The position numbers and the translations under genes were made by a program. Shown here piece after piece: positions 1 to 11,928 of a stretch of DNA of 64,000 bases. How positions within the stretch are numbered: the first letter of the stretch is position 1; the number at the start of each line of letters is the position of its first letter. The notes beneath the pieces were generated by a model that did not search any database, was not told where the DNA came from, and saw nothing but the letters and a program-made list of their open reading frames with translations. This DNA is from Rhizophagus irregularis (taxonomy: Eukaryota): positions 3,968,001-4,032,000 of the forward strand of contig NC_089432.1 of NCBI RefSeq assembly GCF_026210795.1. Reading direction: 5' to 3'.

Positions 1-3000
1 AAGAATAATAAGAAATAAAAGATGTATTATCATATGACTTTCTTGTTACACTAAACTAAACTATAAATATAATTTTATTGGCTAATTATTTATCCATCGG
101 CTAAATATTTATCCGTCACTTACTGCGCCATGTGACTTGTCACGTGACTTTTGTATTCCCAACTGTTTCTTCTTGTGTAACCATATCATGTGACCTACTG
201 CGCCACAGGATTTACTGCGTCATTTATCTATTATATTTTCGGTTATTACACCACCTACGATAAGTTAACGAAATAGCTAATGTCATTGCATAAATCTAGA
301 CGAAGTAGGAATAATTACAAGAAGAAGGGAAAACTCAATAGTAACGATCATTGTCTACACGCAAATAGGAGGATGAATGACGTAAGAATTTTGGTTGTTT
401 TTAGTTAAATATAAACGTTTTACCCATGTTATTTTGCGTTTAGAAAAAAATTCGTCAACTAAAAGCTGCCAAAGTTTTATATGATAAAGACAACGTGAGA
501 ATCACTCACTATGAAAAACAAGAGATGATCAATATCATTCAAGATATCAGATATCATTCACCGGAGTTGAGTAAAACGGATGAGGAAAATGCGTCGGAAA
601 AATGTCAAATAGTTGTGTATAATCGATCATGGAGATCATCGGAGGTATGTACTAACTTTCGATTTATTATAGTAATTTATAGATTTACACTAACTTGTTT
701 CTTTCTAGTTAAAAACTTTTTTTAGGGAAGTATTGGATCCTTATTTATTTACACAACAAAACGCACAACTAACCAGACGTAGAAATTATGACGATACGTT
801 GCAAAATTTTGACGTCCAACCTCCGAACGATGCACCACAATGGACGTATGTAGAACCAGGAAATGGTAATAATGTGATTCCGATATAGGATACGAGAGTA
901 TATACGATGATTATATGTACGATGATGCAGACACGTTTTAATGGAGTGTTGGTAATTATTATATACATTCGATGTTATTTCGCTAAAATTTAATGTTCGA
1001 TGTTATTTTGGTATAATTTTGCTTTAACCTTTATTTTATTTGTTTATTGTATCAAAAAATTAGCGTTGTGAATGAAGTTGATGATGAAAGTCGTCTTGAA
1101 GGTGTTATATTATATAAATAGGACATTCTTATAATACATTATTATTAGCGTAGCATATAAATTGAACATTATAATAATTAGTATAAATTAGTATTAAATA
1201 TATAGTATTAAATATTTTATTAAATAAATAACAATTTATTGCGTTTAAAAGCTGACCGAATGTTAAGTATTTGTTATAATGAATGTTATCTGAAAGTTAT
1301 ACGATTTTTTATTCTGAAAGTCATGCGAATGGTAGATCAAAATCTACCGAAGTTTAGCTAAAATTTAGACGAGTGGCAGTCTGAATGGTAACACTTGATA
1401 AAAACTTTTGGTTAAGAGATTTGTCTAACTTCGGCCAAATTTCAGCCATAATTCAGGCCAAATTTGCCTATACGAAATCTGGCCGAATTGGACTATTTCG
1501 ACTAGTGCATAGATACATCACCCTGCAGTCCTTCTTCTACATAAACCCACTTTTCTGGAGGCTTTCTTAAAAATACTTGAATACCTCCTAAATTTTTAAA
1601 CTGGTTATTTGTTGCTATGTTAAATACGTTGTAAAACTGGCAACAATCTGTAATATAAGCAACACCTTTACAATCTTATCTGAAACGATTGTTTTTGCTT
1701 CTTTAAGTACACACATACAACAAAGAAACCTATTGTGCAATAAAGATATTGGGTACAAAATTGAAAAAGTATATTTATATGTTAATAAAAAGTCACAGCT
1801 GATCTATTGGTAAAACACAGCTGATCTAATGGTCAATTTTAATGATCTGATTATAAATCACGTGATTAATTTTAACCAATCAAATTGATAAAATATGTGT
1901 TGTTCAACTGTCCTTTATTTGTCCAATGGGAGGGGGTTATGTTAAACAAAGGTTTGGATTTGAGCGGCCTTAACATTCATATGTTAAAAAAAGCAATGGA
2001 AAAATTGAAATTACCAAATAATTTTATTTCAATTATTTGTGATTTATTCTTAGAACGAAAAAATCAAGTTTTTACCGCAATTGGTAAAACTAATCCTTAT
2101 AATGTTTTAACAGGAATAGACCAGAGAGAGATTATTTCACCACTCCTCTGGTGTATATATTACGATCCTTTACTTTGTTAATTACAACAAGAAAGTCATG
2201 GTTACGAAATTACTGCAAAATATAAAAAAGATATTTATTCTGATTATATTAAAGAATCAATTATATTTCCAGAAAAGGCGTATATAGATAATACCACGTT
2301 ATTGGCAAAAGATCAACTTCAGCTGGAAACAATGTTAGATATAGCAAATGAATTTTATAATTTGAATGACATTAAAATCAATAAAGACAAGTCTGAATTA
2401 TTATTGAAAAAAATAGACAATCATTTAATTATTCGAATAGTTTAATGATTAGATTTGGATCAGAATACATTAATATTAAACCTAAAGCTCCTAGTAAATC
2501 TATTAGAATATTAGGTGTTTAGTTCAATGTCAACGATGATAAAAATTTCGTGCTTAGTCAAGCTAAATCAGAAGTTAAAAAGTTGATCGATAATATTAAA
2601 CATAAGAGGATTTCTGATAAACAATTGCAATATGTATTCAACGCTCTTATTATCCCTACAATTGAGTATCGTGCTCAAGTGACAATTCTTAATGATCGAA
2701 AATGTGAATCTATTATGTCACCATTTAGACGAGCTTTCAGGAAAAAATTAAGATTCTCTTAGCGGATGCCAACAGCAATAATTAATCATAATTTGATTTA
2801 TAATATAAAAGATATAGCAGATAATCAATTACAAGCAAAAAGTACGAATTTCCTAATACAATTAAATAATACTGGATTATTAGGAAAAATTACGACGCTC
2901 AGACTTAAATAACTACAACATAAATTTTGGATCAAAGATAATATAGTATCAGTATTTCCATTTGATAATAATTTTTATAAAAAATTATTTTATAGTAAAA

Positions 3001-3752
3001 GAAAATATGATAATTGGATCTTAGAAAACATCAAAATATTAAAATATAACAATATAGATATTTCCGTTAATAATAAATTAAGTATAGAAAAATATAAGAT
3101 AACTGGAGGTAATGTACCAGTAAGAAATATTTTAAGAACAGAAAAATTTTTTAATAATATTCATAAGATTAAAAAAGATGGAGTTATGTTTTTAGATCAG
3201 TTAATAGGAATTTCTAATTCGTATTTGATTAATTGGTGTATTTTAAAACTGAAATCCTTTAGAGAAGACACACGTAATTATATTAAACCCAAAAAGTGGT
3301 ATAGAGAATTACAAAATATTGTTACAATTGATGGAAAAACCCTTAAACCTGAATATAAAATGTCAGCTGTTTCTCATTTTAAGGGGTATAATATGGCTCA
3401 ATGTGAAATAGATAGAAATAATCTTCCTAAAAAATTAACATTTATTGGAATTTGGAACAACAGAAATAATAATATTGAAATAGGTGTTTTAATAAAAAAA
3501 TCTGGAATTGATGGACAAAATAATTTAATAATAGGACATTTGAATGTTATTAATAATGTGGATTTTAGATCCTCAGTTATTCAATTACAGAAATGTTCAG
3601 GATGTGAATTAGACAATCTAGAACAATCAAGCAAAAAAAATTACAATTGTAACATTTTAATTAATGCCAACGATAGTTTAATTATTGGTATCCAATCCAA
3701 TAGTGTATATCATAGGTCAATGCTTAACAATAATAATTTGAAAGCTATATTA

Positions 3753-3989
3753 GGCCAGGCAAAAAAAATTTTTAGATTCTCGTGACATAAAATTTTAAAA
3801 ATGACACGGCCGGCCGGCATTTTTTTTTATATATGTAAAATTTTTTCATATGTAAAATTTTTTTACACACATTAGCCAAAAACTTAAAATCACGTGATAA
3901 AAATTTTTTACTATAAAAAAAAAATTTCCATTTTTCGAAAAACTGACCTGGCCGGGTCACGAGAATCTAAATTTTTTTTTTGCCCGGCC
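3753..3989. mobile_element. PIF/Harbinger-like MITE inserted in the LINE
   Basis: TIRs GGCCAGGCAAAAAAAA..TAGATTCTCGTGAC / GTCACGAGAATCTA..TTTTGCCCGGCC; TTA TSD at 3750-3752 and 3990-3992. Confidence 0.8.
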
Positions 3990-4697
3990 TTACAGACAAA
4001 TTTGCTAGATATTACAGATCTAAGTTATAATGAAAAATAATTGGAAAAATTATGAAACGACAATTAATCAATCAGTAATATCAATTGACCGCTTAGTTAA
4101 AATAAATGATAATCTAATTACAAAACTGTTAGACTTTTTATACAATCGAAACTAATTACTAATAATTCAAAGACAATTACTCGAAGGTCCAACTAGAAAA
4201 TTTGAAATTTACACTGATGGTTCAGTTCGTGGATTTGGGTCTAAATAATGTACAATATCTTTTGGTTTTATTATTGTTAAAAATAATATAATTTTACATA
4301 GTTTTTATTCAGAAATTTCTTATTTCCCATCATCAAATAAAGCAGAGTTGTTAGCAGTCATTTTAGCGTTGATTGTTTTACCAAGTAATAGTGAAGTCAC
4401 TATTTATACTGATTCGAATAATGTTATTACAGGATATTATGATATTATAGACAGAAATAATTTTATTATTTTGCCAAGGAAATTTTTTAAGATTAGAATG
4501 AATAATATTTACTGGAATATTCTTCGAGAAATTATTGTTACAAATAATCTTACTTTAGATTTCATTAAAGTTAAAGGACATAGTGATGATTATTTTAATA
4601 ATTACATTGATGAGTTTATTACTCATACTGACGAATTATCAAATTTAATTTTTAAGCCAAATAATCTGAATAATTTAGACTATATTCTACGATAGAA

Positions 4698-4997
4698 TCT
4701 ATACTATATAATAATTGTTTTTGTGTATAACCGTAACATTTAGACTACCTTGTATAAATAAATTTGAATTGCGTAATATCGCTCCTATTGGGCACTTTAT
4801 CACGTGATGTCACACCAACTTCCAAAAAAGGAAATTTTGCTTCCCACAAAAATAGGGGAATTTTAGTTTCACAAATACTCCATAAAAGGAAATTTCTGCA
4901 CCGATCACATAATTCCGGCCAGAATTAATTGTTACATGCAGGTTACGCTTTTTTTATATGTATGTATACCGTTGCAAAGCAACGGATTAACAGCTAG
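4698..4997 (+). mobile_element. Non-autonomous Helitron (300 bp) inserted in the LINE
   Basis: 5' TC, 3' CTAG, subterminal hairpin CCGTTGC-AAA-GCAACGG, inserted between A and T; removing it rejoins the LINE frame (..NNIIIECNLR). Confidence 0.85.
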
Positions 4998-6766
4998 TAA
5001 TATTATAATAGAATGTAATTTACGTCAATTTTTGAAGAAAAAATCAATGGTACAACATTGGGAAAAATTTTTGAATTTGAATTGAAATGGTAAATATAAA
5101 CACCCTTATGTTAATGTTGATTGGCATTATACATTTTTACTGTTTAATCAGGACATTGAAAATAAAGTTGAGTCAACATATTTTACATCTATGTTTTCAT
5201 CAAAACGGAAAAAACAATCAGTTAACCTTTTGATTGAAGAAATTCCTACTGTAGAAAAAAGGAAATATTTAGCTCATAAAATATTTGATAATTGGAAATG
5301 TTCCTTCTGTGAACAGCATGATGAAACATTTAATCACGTATGGATGTGTGAGTCACGTGCTGATGAAATGAATACTATTATTTGTGAAGTAAAAGAGTTT
5401 TTTAAAGAAACTTGTAATTCTTTATTAGTTAAAGTAAAAAAGGATCCTGTTATTGATAATGAGTTGATTAATAAAATGATATTTTGGGATCGTACCTATA
5501 GTGAAACGAAAATTACCTTTATAGATTTGATTAAAGGTATAATTTCTTGTGAGTTAGCAGCGTATACAGCCTTAATTTTTGAAAATAAAAAGTTACAAGA
5601 TAAATTTCTGGTTTTATTAAGAAATTTTATTTTTAACAAAAGTTGGAACTTTTGGATTAATAGGTGCTTGAAGCAAAAAGAAAAAGAAAGAAGATTAAAA
5701 GTTAATCTCAAGAAAGTTAAAGAAAATCTTAATGAAGATAAATATATTGATCCTAATAGGAAAATTAATCAACTTCAGTTAACCTTTTTAACGGTTTAGA
5801 AAGTTTATGATCAAATATATACTTTGGAACGAATATGCAGGGTTTTATAGTTTTAGTTAACTACGCTCTCTGCTCTTTATTACTTTTTTTAGGGGTTAGT
5901 AGTTGAACAGAGTTCAGTTGTATTAAGGAGTTGAAATAAAAAATTAATTTTACCCTAGGAGTCAGGTTTTTAGAGCGAGGTTGATAGAACGTCTTAAATG
6001 TATGTTACTATAGTAGGTCTCAAATCCAGGTCATAACTTATATAGAAACTAGTTGGTTAGTATTCGTTTAGTTTAGAATCAGGTACCTGCAACTATTATT
6101 ATAAAATTTTATATATTTGTATTGTTCTTTACAAATTTAATCGCTAATAAAAAATAAAAAATAAAAAATAAAAATAAAAATAAAAATAAAACAAATCAGT
6201 CCATATGATCATATTTGAAATGTTCGTATGATTAATTTTAATTGGCTAACCAAAATGAATTTTGGATTTATTTCAGATTTTGGAATTTAGGCTTTGAAAA
6301 CATATCAAATTACGGTTTTGAAATTTTGGCAAATTTGAAATATTTCAGTTTTGGGACTATCTTTAGGTCAGACCAAGTCTTTTCATCAAAAATTTTCATA
6401 ATAATAATAAAAAATAAAATGCCAGTAAACTTCACTCATTTATAAAAGTAAAGGTTATGTATTTTTACTGAAAGGATTTTTTACTTTCAAAAATACACTT
6501 TTAATATCTTTATTAAGTAAATCTTGTAAATATTTTTCAATATATTTTGAAAGATCAATTTTAATATCAGTATCTTGAGCTATTTTCTCAAATAGGTCTT
6601 TCACATCTACTTGAAATAATGGTTTAAATGGCCTAACTAATATATATATATTGCACTTCCTTATTTCATCAAAAAGTTAATCAATTTTTGCTGCTTTATT
6701 TTCATTTTAACTGCAACCTGTATAATAGATGTCCATTTGCTGTAAATATAACCAAAAAAAAATATT

Positions 6767-7057
6767 AGCCCTATTTATTTCTAGATCAGACTGGATTGAT
6801 CGCAAATTTATACTCCAAAATAATTGGTTACTGATGTGGTTAGCAGTCAGTCAAGCCAATTTACAAAAATTGGTGTTTTTCCCTGATTGATTTTATAATA
6901 AATATAATAAACAATAACTATGTATTTTTGCTCTATAAGCTATTATAGATATATAAACCAATCCGATTAATCAAAAATTGTGCTCAATTGTAACCATGAT
7001 CTGATTGGTTATACATTTTTTTGGTCAATCTGATATGATCTAGAAATGAACAGGGCT
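6767..7057. mobile_element. Putative MITE
   Basis: Imperfect TIRs AGCCCTATTTATTTCTAGATCA / TGATCTAGAAATGAACAGGGCT; possible ATT TSD. Confidence 0.5.
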
Positions 7058-7172
7058 ATTATTTAATAACATTTTACATACCCCAGTTTGTAATGTTTCT
7101 AATTGTTCTTGTTCAACTTTATTGGTGATCACTTTATTTTAAATATATTCACAAAACATATTAGTGTACCTA

Positions 7173-7534
7173 CTTTACTAAAAATGGCCAATTTTTTGAA
7201 ATATTTTTATAGACCTAGATACAATGGCTTTCAAAACAATTGTGCAATTATTTTGTAAAATTTTTAAAATATATCAAGATATATTTAAGGTATTTTTGAG
7301 ATTAAAATATTAAAATAATATCAAAGTTAATTATATTATAATAATAAAATAATAACAAAAACATTAAAAAATTATTGTGATATTATTTTGAATTATTTTT
7401 ATAGACCTAGATACAATATAATTACAAAATAATAGCAAAAGTATAATAAAACATTTTGATGTATTAAATGTATTTTTGTAGTATTTTAAAATTATTACAA
7501 AATCATTTCAAAAAATTGGCTATTTTTAGTAAAG
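7173..7534. mobile_element. Tc1/mariner-like MITE
   Basis: TIRs CTTTACTAAAAATGGCCAATTTTTTGAAAT / ATTTCAAAAAATTGGCTATTTTTAGTAAAG flanked by TA on both sides. Confidence 0.7.
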
Positions 7535-8135
7535 TAAAATATCATTGAAAATAATTTGTGATTTCACTTTCATTTTGTTCATCGTCTTTGTCTTTTTTTT
7601 TTTGAAGAAATTGTAGTTTTCATATCTTTCTCTGCATCTTAACATTTTTCTAATTTGCGGACTAAAGATTTTTCCTAGAAAAGCAACATATTTGTAATAA
7701 ATTAGTAGCTTATAACTGATCATAATTAAGGATCTACTTCTTTCCGAACAAAATTACTTTTGTTAAAGGTTCTAATATTGTGAGCACGAATGCTTTCTGT
7801 AATCATTGAGTTCTGAATATTTCAGTCTGGGATATTTCCAAAATTGGACTGTGTATGGATCATTGTTCTGGAATGATTCTAGAATGATCGGCAATTACAC
7901 CAACATTTAATTGGTCAATCCCTGTTGTATTAACGTGATTTGGCGAAAGAATTTCTCATGATATATTTTTTGAAACTGCAAAATGTAATTATAAAAAAAT
8001 GTCATAAAAGGTATGTATTTTCATAATCAGTAAATATTTTTTCATAATCAACTCTCGTTTAAAAAAGTATGAAGACCATAAAATGACTATAAAATAACAC
8101 AATTTCAATTTAAATGCTTTTTTATTGAGTTTTCA

Positions 8136-11100
8136 TTGTCATTTTTTTTATATTTTTATTTGACTTTTTTTCTTAATTTTATTGTAGTGACAACATGCAA
8201 AAAATCACACGCTAAGGAGTTGCCTTGTCTTTTCACAAATTTAGTAATCACATATGAGCAAAAAGGGTTGAGAAAATGTGAAACAAAACCATCACAAATG
8301 TGGCGGCATGCCGATACTAAAGCAGTAGCTAGCCGTCTCCTTCTTTACCATATTTTTATTCCAGAACTTATTCACCTTCAAACATCTTTAGAATTATATT
8401 CTTTATGTGAAAAACATTATAATCAAATTATATCTACTAATCACTTTTATCAGTTCCTTTTAAATCCAGATCAAACCACGTCTTTTCAAAATCAAAATAA
8501 AAGAAAGCGTCACAGCATTGACAATAGTGTATTGGATATTGGATTAAATATTACCAGCACCTGTGATTTTGGCGCCCAATTTCCAGAATTTGAAACTACT
8601 TGTGATTTTGGCGCTCAATTTCCAGAATTTGAAGCTAGTACTCGTGATTTTGGTATCCAAGTGTCTGGTGAATTTGAATATGTACAAACAATATCTAAAA
8701 TTCAACAATTGCAAAAACAATTAGAAAATCAAGGGCGTGAATTAATGGAATTATCAGGAAGATTAACTAAAGCTAATGAATATATAGTCAAAATTAATGA
8801 CCAGTATCAGAAACAATGCAAACAAAATGAAGCTCTTGCTCAAAAATGGGATTCTCGATTTAGCAATCAGCAAAAATGAATTGATTCTATTGTTGAAATT
8901 GCATTAGCTGAACGCAAAAGCGTATTTGATGATGTTGAATCATTAATTAGAAATAATGATAGGTTTTCGTTAGATCAAATTATGAAATTTACTTCTCAAA
9001 CATAGCTAAATGATCGTAATCAAGTTATTGTTAAGTTCATTGAAATTTTAACTCAAAATGATGGGAATACTAATGTTCCAAATCAAGAAAAACTTTTCAA
9101 AAGAGTTGTTGCTGTTGATGCAATATATGGATCGCGTCATGGAAAGTATGTATCAGAGATTAACCTTGCAGCATCAGCTATAAAATATTCTTTAGCACGC
9201 TCAAAAAAAGTTATTAATATTGATAATCATATTACAAGTGCAGGAGGTTATGTTCAATTTCAAAAATGGTTGGATGAGTTATCAAAAGAACAAGAATCAT
9301 TACCTAAAGGACTTTTATTTTTGGCTTTTGATAATGAACAAAGAGGACAAAAAAACTATCTAGATCGTGGATTCAATACTGTGATTTTTCATGTTATTAC
9401 TAGTTTTGTTGCATTTAATATGAAATCTCAAAATGAAATACAACATACTAATATTCCTTGGTTGCATAACTCTCTTAATCGACTTCAATATGAAGAACTT
9501 TTTGATCTTTCATCTCAAATGGAGGAGGAATTCAATAAAGAACTTCATAATTATCTTTCCAAGATCCTTGATCAGCTATGTATGGAAAAATTATCTTCAA
9601 ATAACAGCATTAATACTCTTATAGAAAGTATGATTTCAAATAATGGGTATGATAAATATTGTTCAAATTGTAATGAAAAAGACATTGAAAATCGAAAACA
9701 AGTTTGTCCAAAATGCCGATCATGATTACCTATACTTTCTGAATTACAAAAACAATATGCATCTGAATTATTAGAAATAAATTCACGAAACAAATTAACA
9801 AAACCAATTCTTTTTAAACCCCATATCTTTAAAGATGAATCTAAAATTGCTCCTGTTCCACAAATTAGTATGACTCAACGATCAGTTGCTGATGAAGGTG
9901 TTTGTATTCCTGAAATATATATCCCTGATCCGCTTAATATTAATCCTAATTTAATAGCAAATGTTGAAAAAGTTCTTCAGCATATAAAAAAAATATCAGG
10001 AATTCAGGATGGAACGCGTAAATGGGTAATAGTAACATGTGATGGAGTTCCATATCATCATGCTGTTAAACTCCAAGAAAAATTTCCTTGGTTGGTTCTT
10101 ATACACAGGTTGAAAAGTGAAAAATCAGGCACCAATCGGTCACCAATCAGGTAGCTGATTGGTGACTGATTGGTGCCTGATTGATGCCTGATTGGCATTT
10201 TCGCCAAATACCGTCACCAATCAGGCAGTTTACTAACTTTTGATCTAGTGATCAGAAAAAGATGAAATATAGCTCATTGGAATCGTCTCAACAAGACGAA
10301 TCTAATGGTAGTAAAATCGCATCTCTAGGATTGATAGTTAATAAAAAATTAAATAAAATATAAATAATACATTTTTATTTTTATATTTTACTTAATTTCT
10401 CATCAAGTATTAATTCTAGAGATGCGATTTTACTACCATTAGATTCGTCTTGTTGAGACGATTCCAATGAGCTATATTTCATCTTTTTCTGATCACTGGA
10501 TCAAAAGTTAGCAAACTGCCTGATTGGTGACGGTATTTGGCGAAAATGCCAATCAGGTACCACGGTCACCAATCAGGTACCTGATTGGTGACCGATTGGT
10601 GACTGATTGATGCCTGATTTTTCACTTTTCGACCTGTGATACCTGAACAATTGCATGAAGAAATGAATATGCTTTGGGCATTTGTTGAATTGAATTGGTG
10701 AGCTATATACATGTTAACATGTAACTAATGCATGTAGTGATTTTGAATAAATGATTTTATTTCACTTTTTTTTTATTTTAGGGAAATTGATCTCAAAAAG
10801 TTTGCAATACACCAAGGTTATCAAACTGAAAATCAACTTTCTTATTTTAAAAAGTGTAATGATCATCATAAAGCATGGGATTCAATTTGTAATATATATC
10901 GTGAAGCAATGTCTTTGGAGCTTATATGGCCATATGTAGAAAGCCAACCCAATCCAACAGTTGATGGATATAATCTTGGGTTAAAGAGCAACAGGATCTA
11001 ATTTATTAAATAAAATATGAACAGGTAAAAAAATATTTCATTGTAATTTAATTTTATTGTACAAAAAAATTTTATTTTCAATGAATTAATTACTCTTTAA

Positions 11101-11674
11101 TTTTTAAATATATATCATAGATATTTTATTATTTACAAGCAATTATAAATTATCGAACAGCCATCTGCACAAATTGTCCCTTGTTAAAAAATGCAGCACG
11201 AAGAGCATTTGCTTCAATTTGGTCTGCACGTCATCATCCTATTTATCGTTTGATAGAAATTGCAGATGAAGAACAATTGATGCGACTCCATCCAACTATA
11301 TATACGTGATCTTGTGGAAAAAAATAGTGTAATATCACGATCAGGTTTAATTAGCCAACATCAGGGATTAGATGCAATTTTAGAAGAGGTAAACAAAGCC
11401 TTAAAAACACTTATACCACCTGTTTCACAGCAGCGTCACTGGGAAATTGCTGCACGAAACTGCAAAAAGTTTCTCCAGGTATATCTATATATGCTATAAA
11501 TAAAATGCTAAAAATCTGTCAATAAAATAAAAAACTACTTTTGATACCTATATTTGTATTTTATGATTTATGCATTATTTATATTTTATATAATAAATGG
11601 TTGATTTTTTTTTAATTTTTCAACTACAAAAGTTACGTAACAATTTCTTTAAAGTAATTGGATATAATGATGTT
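8136..11674 (+). pseudogene. 5' part of a disrupted multi-exon gene (possibly transposase-derived, DUF6589-like); insertion target of the giant element
   Basis: ORF pieces 8136-8879, 9270-9725, 9870-10103 separated by in-frame stops; VTCDGVPY and LIPEQLHEEMN motifs once the MITE is removed; last exon ..LRNNFFKVIGYNDV ends at the TSD. Confidence 0.6.
10104..10638. mobile_element. Fold-back MITE with CAC-type termini (CMC/CACTA-like)
   Basis: TIRs CACAGGTTGAAAAGTGAAAAATCAGGCA / TGCCTGATTTTTCACTTTTCGACCTGTG; almost the whole element is an inverted repeat; ATA TSD at 10101-10103 and 10639-10641; removal restores LVLI-PEQLHEEMN. Confidence 0.85.
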
Positions 11675-11723
11675 AGTGGGATACCACATGCAATATAAAT
11701 TATATTGCATGTGGTATCCCACT
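11675..11723. repeat. Left terminal 49-bp palindrome (hairpin)
   Basis: AGTGGGATACCACATGCAATATAA-A-TTATATTGCATGTGGTATCCCACT, perfect 24-bp arms. Confidence 0.95.
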
Positions 11724-11739
11724 TATCCTAGATTATAGT

Positions 11740-11928
11740 ATCACATGTAATCTAAATACCACATATAATCTAAATACCGCATATGATCTAATTAACACAT
11801 ATAATCTGAATACCTCATATGATCTAAATATCACATATAATCTGAATACCACATATGATCTAAATAATGTAATCTAATTACCACATATGATCTAAATGAT
11901 GTGGTCTAAATACTACATATAATCTAAC
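11740..11928 (+). repeat. Subterminal tandem array of ~18-bp units (consensus ACCACATATAATCTAAAT)
   Basis: About 10 imperfect copies read directly; more copies ~12019-12066; mirrored at ~56360-56690. Confidence 0.9.

Larger units (their letters stand above)
1885..6190 (+). mobile_element. Degenerate non-LTR retrotransposon (LINE) with RT, RNase H and C-terminal Zn-finger, ending in an A-rich tail
   Basis: RT motifs (GIDQREIISPLLWCIYYDPLL; AYIDNTT ~2278, a decayed YxDD), RNase H motifs (IYTDGS ~4207, NKAELLAVILAL, IYTDS, KVKGHS), CSFC...HVWMC at 5191-5799, (TAAAAA)n tail ~6146-6190; many in-frame stops. Confidence 0.85.

Noticed and set aside
1..1507. Possible right end of a CACTA/CMC-type element (..CGACTAGTG at ~1507) with gene fragments at 495-970
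   Set aside because: The partner end is not in the window and the protein fragments have no motif I can assign.
11740..11928. CRISPR-like array
   Set aside because: Units are contiguous degenerate tandem repeats with no unique spacers, in a eukaryotic context.
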